The position numbers and the translations under genes are program-made. A DNA stretch of 57,811 nt, filler included, from Sphacelaria rigidula (taxonomy: Eukaryota): NCBI GenBank assembly GCA_964200075.2. It is 3 parts of 3 records of this genome, joined end to end, with 100 filler letters (N's around TTAATTAATTAA, not from the genome) between each part and the next. Parts side by side here need not be neighbours in the genome. Positions count along the whole stretch, not along the records: positions 1 to 19,214 come from CAXNAA020000715.1; positions 19,315 to 38,519 come from CAXNAA020000716.1; 1 more part is not named here. One strand, given 5' to 3'. Under the pieces are notes generated by a model. That model was not told the origin of the DNA, made no database searches, and saw only the letters and a list, made by a program, of their open reading frames with translations. Shown in pieces: positions 13,324 to 25,130 of this stretch (the first letter of the stretch is position 1; each line of letters starts with the position of its first letter).

Positions 13324-15266
13324 CTGGAAGGATCTAGAAAACGTCGACATGTCAGAAGATGAAGCGCGCGTGTCTAGAAGGTTAGCCTCCATGCTCTCCT
13401 TCCCGTGGGTGCGAAGCCGCTCGGTCAGCGGCACGTGACTGCGGAGTAACGTTTGTGATAATCGCACACATTCGAACAATCAATGTTGAAAGACATGAAC
13501 CCACGTGGGTTGCCATACCGTCACACACGTGAAATCAACACATGAAACTCCCCCATTCTCAGCGCTCGACCACCTGCGGCGTTTGCTATATCCGTGTGCG
13601 CGTTATAATCATAGTTCAATTTTACCCACGACCACGTCACATTTTACTGCTGGGCATTACGTGACAGAAAATCACACAGCGTGCGACTCGACCCGAGGTT
13701 CATCACGCATCACACCTGTCAAGGTTCCGAGGTCAGCAAGTTAGCCACTGTAGCAACGGGCACCCAACAGGAATTTGAGATCACTCAAAATCTTCAAGGA
13801 ACGTTCTAGCGTCGAGAGAAGACAAGACTTACTGGTTCTCCCTGGTAGAACGAAAATATGGCATGTATTGATCTGTATATATATATATATAGCCGTACCC
13901 AATCGACGTAGCGAGGGACTGCTCCCTCACTTGCCCCGGCAACACCATCCCCATAGAAAGATACGCCAGAGACATGCCTCAGGTAATGACAGACTCCCGA
14001 TATTGGTCACCCGTTGTAACCAGGCACCCTCGCCCCTCACGTTTTTCGTTGGGAGCAAGCATGTGCGCGTATTGGATGCAACTGCAGTGACCGTCAAGGT
14101 GCATTACGCAGTGAAACAGGCCCGAGGCGATATGTGGGGTAGGCGCAGTAAGTGCCAGGAGTCGGGCCCACGGCCCCCCATTTGACGAACTTTGCGGAAA
14201 ATGGGACTCATGTTGCTGGATTGAAACGGACCAAGGGGCATCGGACTACTGCCTTCCCCGTGATTAGCTGGGCCAGCGAGTGTGCAACAATCTGCTCTCG
14301 TATCCCATCAATAGCAAGGCTCAATATTTTGGGACAAGAGGATCATGTTCCCTTTGCCGCCAGGGCTCGCAGTTTACTCGTGTATTCACAGACTCGGAAC
14401 GCTCTTTGATTGACTACGTTGCGCGTACATGTTGTTTGGCGCAGAGTCGGCAACGATGCCCGTCGAAACGCCAACTCCTCGACTCCACCGTCCAGTGTCC
14501 TCATCCCTATTCTGTAATTTACTGCTTGCCTCGAGGCTCACGCCCGGCCCACCGCCGTGAAACCCGCGAAGATATCGCGGAATGTTTGCCGACATCTAAT
14601 CATGTCTTGATTGTGCCTGCAGAACAAGCGTCGCCGTACACCGGTGTCAGCTCAATCAAGACATGAGTCGGAAAGGAATACGGACAAAAGTTGGACCTTC
14701 CACTCCTGTAGTGAAGACATACGTTGTGTCACCCCCCTGAACATTTGTCAACTCATCTCCCCGTACCTGTAATTCATGTTAGAACCTCGACTAGTACAGT
14801 AGCTTGCAGTGACAGAGGGCCATGCCCCACCGCTCAGCTAGGATTTCCCCCCACTCCGTTCCAGGAATGTAACCAATGTGTACTTCCATCACGGCGATGC
14901 GAGCTAACGATACCCGGCACGAGAAATGATTTCCAACGGTCCATGAAGGAATCAAGGATCAGATTTTTACTTTGGCATGTGGAGGAGATTCAGACAGCGC
15001 ACGCGCCAAAGCCGGATTTCAAGCTCCGCCAGATCGCTCAACATCGCCCATTGCTACTCAACTGACAGGAACAGCTGCACGTTGGCACTGTGAAAACATT
15101 TCGGCCCCTGAACCGTCGAGACGGTGATGATCGACCCATTTTCAACAAGATTTCCCGGGCGATTTCAATGCATGATCACTCGGAGCGAAACATCGACCTC
15201 GAATACGTACAAAACACCACCATTAAACGGTTGCGGAAAGCACGTGAAAACGCCCGCCGTACGCAC

Positions 15267-15383
15267 CTCGCGAGTTCTGTGTCGAGAACAGTCGGAGAGA
15301 CGGGTGTGGGTTGATGGTCTCCGAATTTCAGACAGGTTGGGCTCTCGGTTGTGATCCAGCAGCCTGTTGAGAGCTTCCAGCAC
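15267..15383 (-). pseudogene. Exon-like segment of an unidentified spliced gene
   Basis: Acceptor tttgcag|GTG, 117 nt open (VLEALNRLLDHNREPNLSEIRR...RTRE), donor GAG|gtgcgt. Confidence 0.3.
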
Positions 15384-16637
15384 CTGCAAATTTCATCCAG
15401 TAGATGGACAATAATAATTTAGAGAGTCACATCAGCAAGCTTGCACATGATACGCCCGTACATGAACGACCATGGCAGCACCTTCGGAGGAGCAGTGAGT
15501 CATGAACACATTAGCTCCATCTCTCGATGTTGTGATCACGGGTTGCCAAGAGCATACCACACATAAATGTTCATCAAGCAGCCCGGAGAGGAGGGTAAGA
15601 ATCTCGACATATACACAGGCGCAGGCACCTAAACCACGATAGATACGTTGAAGACTCATCAAGGAAGATCTGCTGGAATTCAGAAGTCGCCACGTACCAA
15701 GAAACAGACTAACGAACGTTGAGGAGCAGACTGTAGTGAAACGAGTCGACACACAAATGTAGGAAGATACAATGGTCCCGCAGCTGGGGGCTTCAAAGCC
15801 TTGCTGAGGGACAAAGTGATCCGCCCGGACCCTTAACCAAAAGGGCCCCGCGTTGCTGTCGCACCGGCATGAAACTCCCCAGACGTTTGTGTAAAATCAA
15901 GTCATGGTGAGGGATTAATAGTGCTCTCTCTGGACGTGAGTCCTACCATCAGCCTCTCGGGAAACCATTTCGTCTGACGTTTCGAATATGGTTCACCTCG
16001 ATGAGTCGCGCGTACTGGCCGTAAAAAAATGCATAAACTCTCTGTTGCCGTCAGAATTCCAGCCCAGGTTCCTGCTCGAAACGCGGGAGCAACTCCAAAA
16101 ATCGGCACAATTACCCGCTACTGCAAGGGCTCAGCTGCTCCGCGGATCGATCCTCACCTCTGAACGGGCAAGGGTGAGCTTGTCCAATATAATCCATTGA
16201 TCTTCGCCTTTAGCCTCCACGAGCACATCCTGCGACCGGTATTACAGATTCGAACGATCACGTCATCCCCAGCTTCACCAGATGATCACGTCATTTCCCG
16301 CATAACATACGACGCGGCGAAAACAGACGCGACCGACATCCCCGACAATCGACTGAACCAACAGTACATAATGCGGTCAAGAGTGAGCCGTTGATGTCCC
16401 CGAGTAGGACATCGACATGTAGCTGTTGGCACACGCTCGTGTTACACACGCGAAGATGAATGGTGTCCCAACGGTACTTTCTGATCTCGGATTTTACGCA
16501 AGGTCGACACTGCAGGGGCTACACAATAACAGCTGCACTTGAGAACATGGGAGAGAACAAGATGCTCCAATGGCCAACTTGTTCACGCGAGTATTCTTAC
16601 GGCAACAGCAGTGATCACGGGCTATTTTTCGGCGGAT

Positions 16638-17228
16638 ATCGATCAGATTTAACCGAACTCCCTTTGGCTTGAAGGGACGGCTCTTTCGGGTTCGATCATG
16701 GTCGATCATATGGGGAAAGAAGCTTTTTTCGTCATTTCGATATCCGCCGTGTGTTGCAGACAAATTCGGAATGTTTTCTCATCCACAACTGTTGAAACTC
16801 ATCAATGGGCGAATCAGACATGTGTTACGACTACACACCCGGCCAGCACCAAGTCATGTCGACGTAAGCTGCGCGGTAGTCGATCAATCAGAATCAACCG
16901 GACACCCTCTGGCTTGTCGGGGCCGGCTCTTTCGAATTAGAACATGGTCGGTCATATGGGGAAAGAAGTGTTTCTCATCACATCGATCGATCACGGGCGC
17001 AGCGAATTAAGGCATGTCAAAAGGAGAGTTCAAAGATGAAGGGGGAAAGAGAAATGTGTGAAGAGAAACTAGTGAATAAAGGATTCGTGTAAGAGAAATG
17101 ACACGAGATACATGCGTGTTCGATCAGAGTCAACCGGATACCCTCTGGCTTGTCGGGGCCGGCTCTTTCGGATGAGAACATGGTCGGTCATATGGGGAAA
17201 GAAGTCTTTCTCGTCATCTCGAACACTC
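16638..17228. repeat. Three ~105-bp direct repeats at ~240-bp period with unrelated spacers
   Basis: Core ...ggctctttcg...catggtcg(g/a)tcatatggggaaagaag...ttc.tc.tca at ~16640, ~16885 and ~17121. Confidence 0.9.
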
Positions 17229-17807
17229 CGGTACGCTCGCAGTGAAGAGTCCAAGCCGGGGTCACGGACAAAAGATTTAAGCAGGTATGTACAGTCCGAC
17301 AAGGGAAAAAGGGGTACGGCAAATCAATCCTCGTAGGAGGAGCGGGCATCTGACGATAGTGGTCGATCGGCTAAGTGTGTGCTTGAGCATCTTCAATGTG
17401 CACAGTTTTGATGCAGGGGCGGTGTCAAACGGTTCCCGCAGCAAATTGTACGTTTGCAGAACAGGTCTCCAAGACTGCTTCTCTTCATTTCGACCACGCA
17501 AACACCTTCATTTCGACCACGCAAACACCTGGCGTGACTGTCGAGATATGGCATCGAGAATCTTCGGTGTTGGGTTATCTAGGATATCGCTCCGAACTGG
17601 GGCATTCTTGGTTCGTGTACCTCATTCCGAAATGAGTACCCGACAATCCACATTTCGAAGGCTGGCGGAGTATCAGGCGGTCCCCCATACGATCCACTCA
17701 GATTGGAAGTTGTTGATGAATATCGATGTGTTTTTAATCACCTCAATTTCGTGCGTCTAGACGACTACAGACTACATGAGAGAAACGATTCATGGATGTT
17801 GTGGTTG

Positions 17808-18676
17808 CCTGCAAGGTAACGAAAGCGGTACAAGGACACGAGGCGTCACCTTCGAAAGTCGATCAGATAGTGGTGCATGTTGATTCATCAAAAAGTGGTT
17901 CAAGGGGTGATCATCGGGACCCGAGACGCGCTTTTCAGCGCAAACCCGCTTCCTTTTGCCGTCCTCAACCGATTACAGAACAGGTCTGTGATGGATGTTC
18001 TTTCCTCATATCGACTCGATGATGACGCAGCTTTTTCAAAAGCTTGTTCACTAATACGGCGTGACGGTTACATCAACTTGGGATATTACACACGTCGGAC
18101 GGCTCATGAACAAAACACCTGGATGTGACTCCTTACTAGAGCACTGATTCGGATCATGAGCTAGTTCATTTAGCCACAATATCTGTATCAGTTCCCGACA
18201 GCGACGGACAATGGGCACGTGGTGCAGCGCGAAGGTGACGATTTGGCTTCTCGGACACTGCGGTCGTTTTGTGCTTTTGTTGAATGGATCTGGGAGTTTT
18301 CATTCCATAAGTCAAGGAAGGTGAATCGTGAGCCGTCCGACGTTTGGAACATAATACTCGTCACAGCTTGATTTGTCTGGTGAAACATTGTGAGAGTTTG
18401 ACTTTCAAACAGGTGTCTGAATTCCAGGCGTCTACGGACCCCATCGACTGACTGCAAGGGAACGAAAGCGGTACAAGCAGAGGCGTCATCCTCGAAAGTC
18501 GATCAGATAGTGGTGCATGTTGATTCATCAAAAAATGGTTCAAGGGGTGGAACATCGGGAAGCGAGACGCGCTTTTCAGCGCAAACTCGCCTCCCTTTGC
18601 CGTCCTCAACCCATTACAGAACAGGTCTGTGATGGATGTTTCTTCCTCACATCGACTCGATGATGACGCCGCTTTA
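17808..18676. repeat. Pair of ~225-bp direct repeats (17808-18035, 18452-18676) flanking a segment also found at 38120-38345
   Basis: Near-identical ctgcaagg.aacgaaagcggtacaag...gaaagtcgatcagatagtggtgcatgttgattcatcaaaaa...atcgactcgatgatgacgc. Confidence 0.9.
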
Positions 18677-19214
18677 CCAACCCAACGCCGCAGCGGCAGT
18701 CAATTCAAAACACGAAGTATACTCGACTTGGCTCGTTTCGCTCGGTACGATGTCTTGAGTGAGCGTTCGGCTCCACCAACGATACAGTTTTCAATATACG
18801 ACCGCCGAATCGATTCGCCTGGACTGTTGCTCATTCCTGGTTCTTCAGGTATTTATCTCACCGAGTTGTCAAGGTAGACGTACTCGACTCGGACAGAGGG
18901 TGAAGGAGGCACGAGAAAATAGCGCAGAACTGAATGTGACCGTGGCTCGCGTACCTCCTCGAAGGCCAGTTTCACGTTCCCATCCGCCATGTAGCTCCCG
19001 GTGTACTCTCATTAGTGTGTTTGTGATTGTTGATGGGCACACACCAGTATCCAGGACGCGCCGCTGGATACTCCACGGTGCTGGGTTTACCCGCAGTGAT
19101 GACGGTCCACCGAATGAGAAGATGCCGGTGGGGGGGGGGGGGGGGGGGGAGCGAGGAAGGGGGGGAAAAAAAAAAGGAGGGAAAAAAAAAACGAGGAGGG
19201 CGTTCACGACGAGA

Positions 19215-19314
19215 NNNNNNNNNNNNNNNNNNNNNNNNNNNNNNNNNNNNNNNNNNNNTTAATTAATTAANNNNNNNNNNNNNNNNNNNNNNNNNNNNNN
19301 NNNNNNNNNNNNNN
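19215..19314. other. Artificial contig-joining linker
   Basis: N44-TTAATTAATTAA-N44, which puts stops in all six frames. Identical to 38520-38619. Confidence 0.98.
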
Positions 19315-19532
19315 ATGATCATGAGTACACCCCCCCCACCCCACCCCACCTTATCTTAGGATGATTCTTCGAGCAAAGATGACGGGGTTATGGGCCTGAG
19401 ATGGCGAAAAGAAAACGTATGTTGTGGGTGTTATTTTGACATTGCACCACTCATGAAAAGGCACGGGCCGTTGTTTGCTCGCTGCTGCGGTTTGGTATTT
19501 TGACGCGCCCGCTCTCGTGTGCCGCCGTGCAG

Positions 19533-19622
19533 TTGCCGTACCACGCGCTGTTGCGCAAACTGGGCAAGACGCTGAAATTGCTGGAGATCTCATCGGAGTA
19601 CCTGTTCAAGCCGGAGACGAAG
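19533..19622 (+). CDS. NPRL2: NPRL2/Npr2 (GATOR1 subunit), internal exon A: LPYHALLRKLGKTLKLLEISSEYLFKPETK
   Basis: gtgcag|TTG...AAG|gtgaac, 90 nt, phase 0. Resembles human NPRL2 [27 protein letters not shown]. Upstream exons are off-contig. Confidence 0.85.
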
Positions 19623-20956
19623 GTGAACACAGACACCGCGTTCTTCGATGGAATGTGTGTAGCCTGATACAAGTGCCTTTGCTGACTTTCCCTCTTTGAA
19701 TTATTCCGGACAAAAAATCCACGGCCAATATATCTATCATCTATATCTATATCTATATATAGATGTATCTCGAGATCTACTGTACACCTGTCGGAAGGTT
19801 AACGGTCAACATGTTGCGGCCGGCGCAACGTGAAAAACACGAAAAAAAATGAATTCATTGCGCAGAGAACTCCGTCCGCTTCAATCCGGATGAGCGGGTG
19901 TGTGCAAAGGTACCGCTGACGAACACCCCAACGCCTCGGTCGTTGGCCTTCACCGAGCGAACTTGTCACTTTATATTGTGCCGATTGACCGTTTTTTTTC
20001 CTTCTAATATTACTCGCTCCTTTCCTTTTCCCCACCCTGGTTTTTTTCCTGTCCCTCTTTTCTTCTCTTCGTCTTCCCTCTTCCTATTTCTCCACATTTT
20101 TTTTCCCGTTCTTGAGCTTTTCTTGATTGTTTCCGCGACCATAACACAGCCCAGACATGGACATGGAATAAATAAGCTATCCATCCTTTATCTTTAACCT
20201 ACCATAACACAGCCCGGATACAGACATGATACAAAGCCTTACCCGTTTTTCGTACCGTGGCGCACAGGACGCATCGGTTCCTCGGCGCAGTAAGAGTTTC
20301 AAAATTGATAATTTCCCTGCGTGTCATGAATGACGTACGGCAAAACTCACACATCGCTATTTTGTTCACCGCACTGTCCGAATCATTCATGCGTACCTGT
20401 GACCCATGGATAAAAAATATGCTGATTTTGTTACAGTGTCGCTGAAGAGAGTGAGTGCTCTGTCGGGTAGAGGTCGTGTTCATTGCTGGGACGGTGCAAT
20501 ACATGAAGGACATTGGACGGTTGTTCCAAGGTCTTGCCCTGCCGGTCATTACGTGCGGAATAATAATAGTGTACTCGTCGGCCATATTCCTGTGGTGTGC
20601 GGTGGGCATCTAGCTTGCGGCATTTTCGTCGTTCGGTTCATCTCGACGGGATCTTTTTCAACGACATGGGTGCTTATGCTCGCCACCAGCGCTGCTTTAC
20701 TGGAGAATTTCAACATTACAAAAAGACTAGCAGGCAGGAGGTGTGTTGCCCTCGCAATCTACCAAAGCTGCTGAGGATGAGGTAAGTACGCTGAAGTAGC
20801 CGGCGGTTTCAGGGTCTTTTTGAGTACCCAATACTGAAAAATCCGGGGTACGCAGAGCATCGACTGCAGTTTGTACGCAATACGTGAAGTATGAGTGGTT
20901 GATTGATTGATCGATTGATTGATTGTCGTACTTTAACTGACCCCCCAGGGGTCCAG

Positions 20957-21076
20957 AAGGAACAGCACCAGGGCTTCCCACGTGGTCCCCAACCGTAGGA
21001 CTAGTCCTGGCCCGACGCCGCTTAACTGCACAGAGCGGACGGGATGTGGTGTTTTCGACGTGGTATGGCCGTTCCT
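20957..21076 (-). rRNA. Full-length 5S rRNA sequence, probably a retroposed copy or SINE head
   Basis: AGGAACGGCCATACCACGTCG...CATCCCGTCCGCTCTGTGCAGTTAAGCGGCGTCGGGCCAGG...GGGGACCACGTGGGAAGCCCTGGTGCTGTTCCTT, 120 nt. The 5'/3' stem AGGAAC/GTTCCT and A- and C-box-like elements are present. There is no T4+ terminator. Confidence 0.9.
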
Positions 21077-21139
21077 GCGAGAAGTATGGACTAAAGAAAA
21101 TATTTTCGGTGTTGATGTTCTGTAGGGTATGCCCGGGCG

Positions 21140-21507
21140 TGGGGGATTTTTGTTCAGCATTTCTTTCCTTCTCTCGTCTTTTGTTCTGTTTTGTTTTAGA
21201 TCGGCTTTGTCTTTCTGAGCTTTGCGTTTGTTGACTTTTTTTTTTCACGTCTTAGTCTACTATGTCGTTCTGTTCGACTTTTTCTGTTCCTTCTTGATCT
21301 TCGCCGAGTATGTCAGTTTTGTTTTTCTTGGGTACATCTATCACGTGACCACGGCTGGATCATGACTGGGGGGGGCGTACTCATTTGTTGCTTGCCTTAG
21401 TCATTTGACCATTGACCACGCATCCCTTTCGAGACGGAGCACCGTTCCTACTCCTAATAGAAAATCATGACTGGGGGGTCACTTGAAGTACGACAATCAA
21501 TCAATCA
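21140..21507 (+). mobile_element. 3' tail of retroposon family B ((CAAT)n-tailed), interrupted by a family A LINE fragment
   Basis: Pyrimidine-rich body then gggtac.tctatca...ccacggctgga...ggggggtca.tt.aagt.cgacaatcaatcaatc. Other copies lie at 25090-25321(+), 31322-31520(-) and 55990-56085(+). Confidence 0.8.
21374..21463 (-). mobile_element. 90-bp 3' fragment of LINE family A with a 15-bp TSD
   Basis: TSD ATCATGACTGGGGGG at 21359-21373 and 21464-21478. Encodes the family's C-terminal ...SRNGAPSRKGCVVNGQMTKASNK*. Confidence 0.9.
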
Positions 21508-22039
21508 TACTAGACCGGCATGAATCAGCAGGGTACCCAGCCCTGTTCCGGACACCACTCCGGTATGCTTCGGACAGGGCATTTGCCGAAAAAACACCTC
21601 CATTACGATGATGTAGATACCCTGTTAATAATTTTAGCCGGTATAACCTACTCGGAAGTATTTGGTAAACCAGAGCACCCACGGGGATTTTGTACCCTTC
21701 CCCACCCTGTGCACCCTGTGCAAAGCTAAAGGTTACGTACGTACCAGCAGGGGTCCGGTTAAAGTGCGAGCTTTTGTTGTCGGCTTTTTTTCGTGCCTCA
21801 AGATGTAACTATTGGTGACTGCCGTAGATGGCGGTGTATATTAACGGTGTGTAGCGCATCACCCCCATGAATTGAGACCTGAAGGTGATGAGTTTTCGGC
21901 GATTTTGGACACAATGCATGCACAGCACAGTTGGGGGTACGTCGTATAGCACCCCCTGAACACCAGCCCCCGGTGATGACGTGTAGGGAAACCCATCTCC
22001 CGGGGATCGTATGCATCGCTGTCTATAATACGCAGGCGC

Positions 22040-25000
22040 CGATGTTTTGCTGGTTTGCGTCCCTCTTCCTAGTATGGCGATCGTTTCTCGCTACTATGTA
22101 ACGAACCCGCAAGGGCTCATGTCACATTCGTTCAGTTTCCCCATCTTCTCCAACACCTTCCGTTGCTCCTTGTATGGTTCACGTCCTCCCACTGCGAGAG
22201 TCCTCCTCTCTGTTGCTTCGTCACGAGGGCAATTCTGTACATCTACTTCCCGCTCCGCTCGACGACAGGTGTACCTCCTCCTTCTTTCTGACAGATCCAG
22301 ATCCTTCACCCCAAGTCGCAGTTACAACGCTTTTGTGTAGTCCGTCGGGCCGTGCCGACATGTTTTCATGTCTACCCCTTCTCTAAATCTCCGGTGAATC
22401 TTCCAGTGTTGTGTCTCGTCCACTTTATCTCTTAGCATTGATTCCCCCTTATTTCTACTCTTCGGTTTACTTTTGTGTTGTACTCCCCGCATTCGCCCAT
22501 ACACATTACAGTTACCTCTTCTTGGTTTCCTCCTATATCCTTCCGTACTTTCTCGGCTATACTATCCCGCCTCTTTCCAGCGTGCCCATTCGTTACTTAT
22601 TTCGATGTAGCCTTGCAAACTATGCCTGGTGATGTCTTTTGCAGCATTTTCCTCTCATTTATTCGCCATTTCAATTTTCTTAGGTCGCTATTTGTTTCAA
22701 GCAGGTACATTCCCAAGTCTGCTCTTGATACTGCACTTCTTATGTGCCATAACTAAAGTCCTTTATCGGGGGCAGATCGTATACATCGCCAACGGAGTTG
22801 CCCACGATGGTATAGTTAGGTTTTTTGAAAAGCTGTTGTTGTGCCGATGCTAGGGAAAAAGAAAATAAGCCGAAGTTACTGTAATTAGTGGGTCAAACAT
22901 GGCCACATTTCGACCAAATTTCGCCAATCTGTGCATTGTCGACCGAACTTGGACGAATTTGGCTTGTTTTTGAAATAATTAAAGGCTGCAATGTGAACGA
23001 ATGGTTTCGGACTAGGCGTAGCTATCGTATGCCAGCGATGAACCGGAGAAAAAGAGCCAGTTATAGTTTTTCTCGCGATTTTTGCCGTTTTTCGGGTTGC
23101 CAGGGTTCTTCTCTGTGTTATGGACAAGGGGCGAAATACGGCCATTTTTGCGCCGACGGATCGTTTATTGGCCATTCACGCACGCCGGCTGCTGCGTAAA
23201 CAGGAAGAAAAAAACGCGATTCAACTAAAAAACCCCTAAAGATTGAAAAAATATATATCGCCTACGGCATTGGACACGCTTAAGGGTCTGTGTGATCATA
23301 ACGGACTATATTTATGGAATAGAGGAAGTATCCCTCATCATTTTTGAGCATCAAAGTATTTTTTTTAGCTGTTGTCATTTGTACTGTTTCCAGCTGATTC
23401 ACAAACTCCGCGTTCCCTTCCCATTCTTCTGCAGATTCTAGCTTTGGTAAGATCACATTGATCGGAATACATATTTTAACCCTGGTGTCCATGCGTGAGT
23501 CTCTCAAGATCACGTCCATCTTGCCTATGGGCGCCTTACCCCTTCCGGTCACTTTCATCGATGTGTACAGCATCCCACGAACAGTATTTTATGTCTAAGA
23601 TCCGCCCAGGTATTTATACCTGTAAAATAGTAACATTTTTTCGATGTTCCCCCATCTGGCATCACAGCACCTCTCGCGCACTGTCGTATTTCTAACCATT
23701 CCCCATGTCTTTCCACTGATTCCAGTTTCTCACTTCTTTTCCCGCAGACCATTTCTCCGTACCGTGGCATGGGCCTTGTGTGCATCTAGATAGACACAGT
23801 AGTTGGGCTGGCGTATTTCCTACTCGAACAATCTTACGCAATGTATACACCTGGTGTACGCTGCTACGGTTTGGTCTGAAACCTGCTTGTCCCTCGTTGA
23901 TTTTTCTTGCTTTTCCAGCATCGTTCCCACTCCGTCATTTCAAATCTTACATAATGTTTCCCCCACAATGCTTTGTAGCGTTATCGCTCTACGATTCCCT
24001 GGGTCAGCCTTGCCTCCTTTTTGGAAAGGTTTGGTGCTGTCCTCCCTCCCTACCTCCTAGGTGTGTTCTCGTTCGCCCAGATCCAGTTCTACATGGCTAT
24101 AATTATAAATTGTATGGAAGAAACGGAATGAGCGCCAAAATGTTGGAGGTGTCTCTATTGGGAGTAGGAAGTGTGCTCCGTCTCAAAGGGGATGCGTGGT
24201 CAATGGTCAAGCGACTAAGGCAAGCAACAAATGAGTACGCCCAGCAAACGTCACCCAGCCCACCGACCCGACTCCCAGACCTGGTCTCGATCAACCAGCC
24301 TATGAACNNNNNNNNNNCCCCCCCCAAGGGGGGGCGTGGTAAAAGGCCAAGCCACAAAGGCAACAAAAAAAAGAGGTCCCCCCCCCCCCCCCCCCCCGGG
24401 ACATACGTGATACTTTTGGTCAGCACTCCGGCATCGCGTCAACTTTTGCCGAAATGTCTGAACCATTCGTGCCATCAAAATCTCGTTTTTTTTAAATATG
24501 CTTTTTCACACTTCCGTTTTTTTCGTCTCCATCATTGTTTCACCTGTAGCATACTCTCCCCACCCTACCGTAGTCTTACTCCATGTACATCTTGCGTGGT
24601 CCTCTCTCCTCACTCTTATATTGCCTCTTTTGTTTTCTCGTCCGGCCATTTCACTGCTCTGTTGCATTTGATCAGTTTCTCCCCCCACGATCTTACTTGC
24701 TGTGGTATTGAGCAGTTGCTCCATCCTTCCGAAATATTCGCTCCTGCCCAATCCCTTCCTATCCCTGGATTAGCTCTACCTACGCTTTCCGGCAACTCAA
24801 ACATTTCACTTTTCGTTTCTGGTTATCTCTTTTCAAAGCTCGTGCTGTTTTTCCGTCACTTCTAGTTGATCTATACTGCATTTTACTCTCGTGTGTTGGC
24901 TGTGCCTGTTCATACTCGGCAACGATCCGTAGTTCCCACGTCCAGCGCGCGTCAATGTACTTTTCGTTTCCTTACTTGTTCACTTGTCCCACCACTATAT

Positions 25001-25130
25001 AGTCAAGAATTGAGCCTACTGACTCTTGCATGCATTATCTGGTCCACTCCGGAATCTGGCTTTTTTGTTATAGTGTTCAAGAATTTTTGTTTTAGGTCAG
25101 CCATTTCTTCCTGTGCTTTGCTTGTGTTGA
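22040..25130 (-). mobile_element. Degenerate non-LTR retrotransposon (family A) with AP-endonuclease, RT and C-terminal zinc-knuckle remnants, interrupted by later insertions
   Basis: PEWTR...SILDYIVV (~24990-25055). RT remnants DPGNRRAITLQSIVG, EGQAGFRPNRSSVHQVYTLRKI and LDAHKAHATVRRNGL (~23740-24010). C-terminal remnant ~22090-22400. Many stops and frameshifts. Confidence 0.85.
22735..23295. mobile_element. Diverged MITE related to 27130-27465 and 28078-28688
   Basis: 22740-22860 is an inverted homolog of 27345-27465. 23120-23285 is homologous to 28485-28650. The right boundary is approximate. Confidence 0.6.

Noticed and set aside
16638-17228. CRISPR-like array
   Set aside because: Repeats (~105 bp) and spacers (~135 bp) are too long, there are only three diverged copies, the context is eukaryotic and no cas genes are present.
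1550-19214. Phaeovirus/NCLDV provirus or KDZ transposase call for contig 1
   Set aside because: I recognised no capsid, packaging ATPase, polB, primase or convincing transposase catalytic motif, so it is left unassigned.
19130-19214. G- and A-homopolymer-rich tract as a G-quadruplex or regulatory element (similar tracts at 24318-24400 and 40556-40660)
   Set aside because: These tracts are all beside gaps or contig ends and are typical of low-quality sequence after poly-G.
23780-24865. Longest ORF in the track (361 aa)
   Set aside because: It is antisense to LINE remnants, reads through an N gap and has low-complexity composition.
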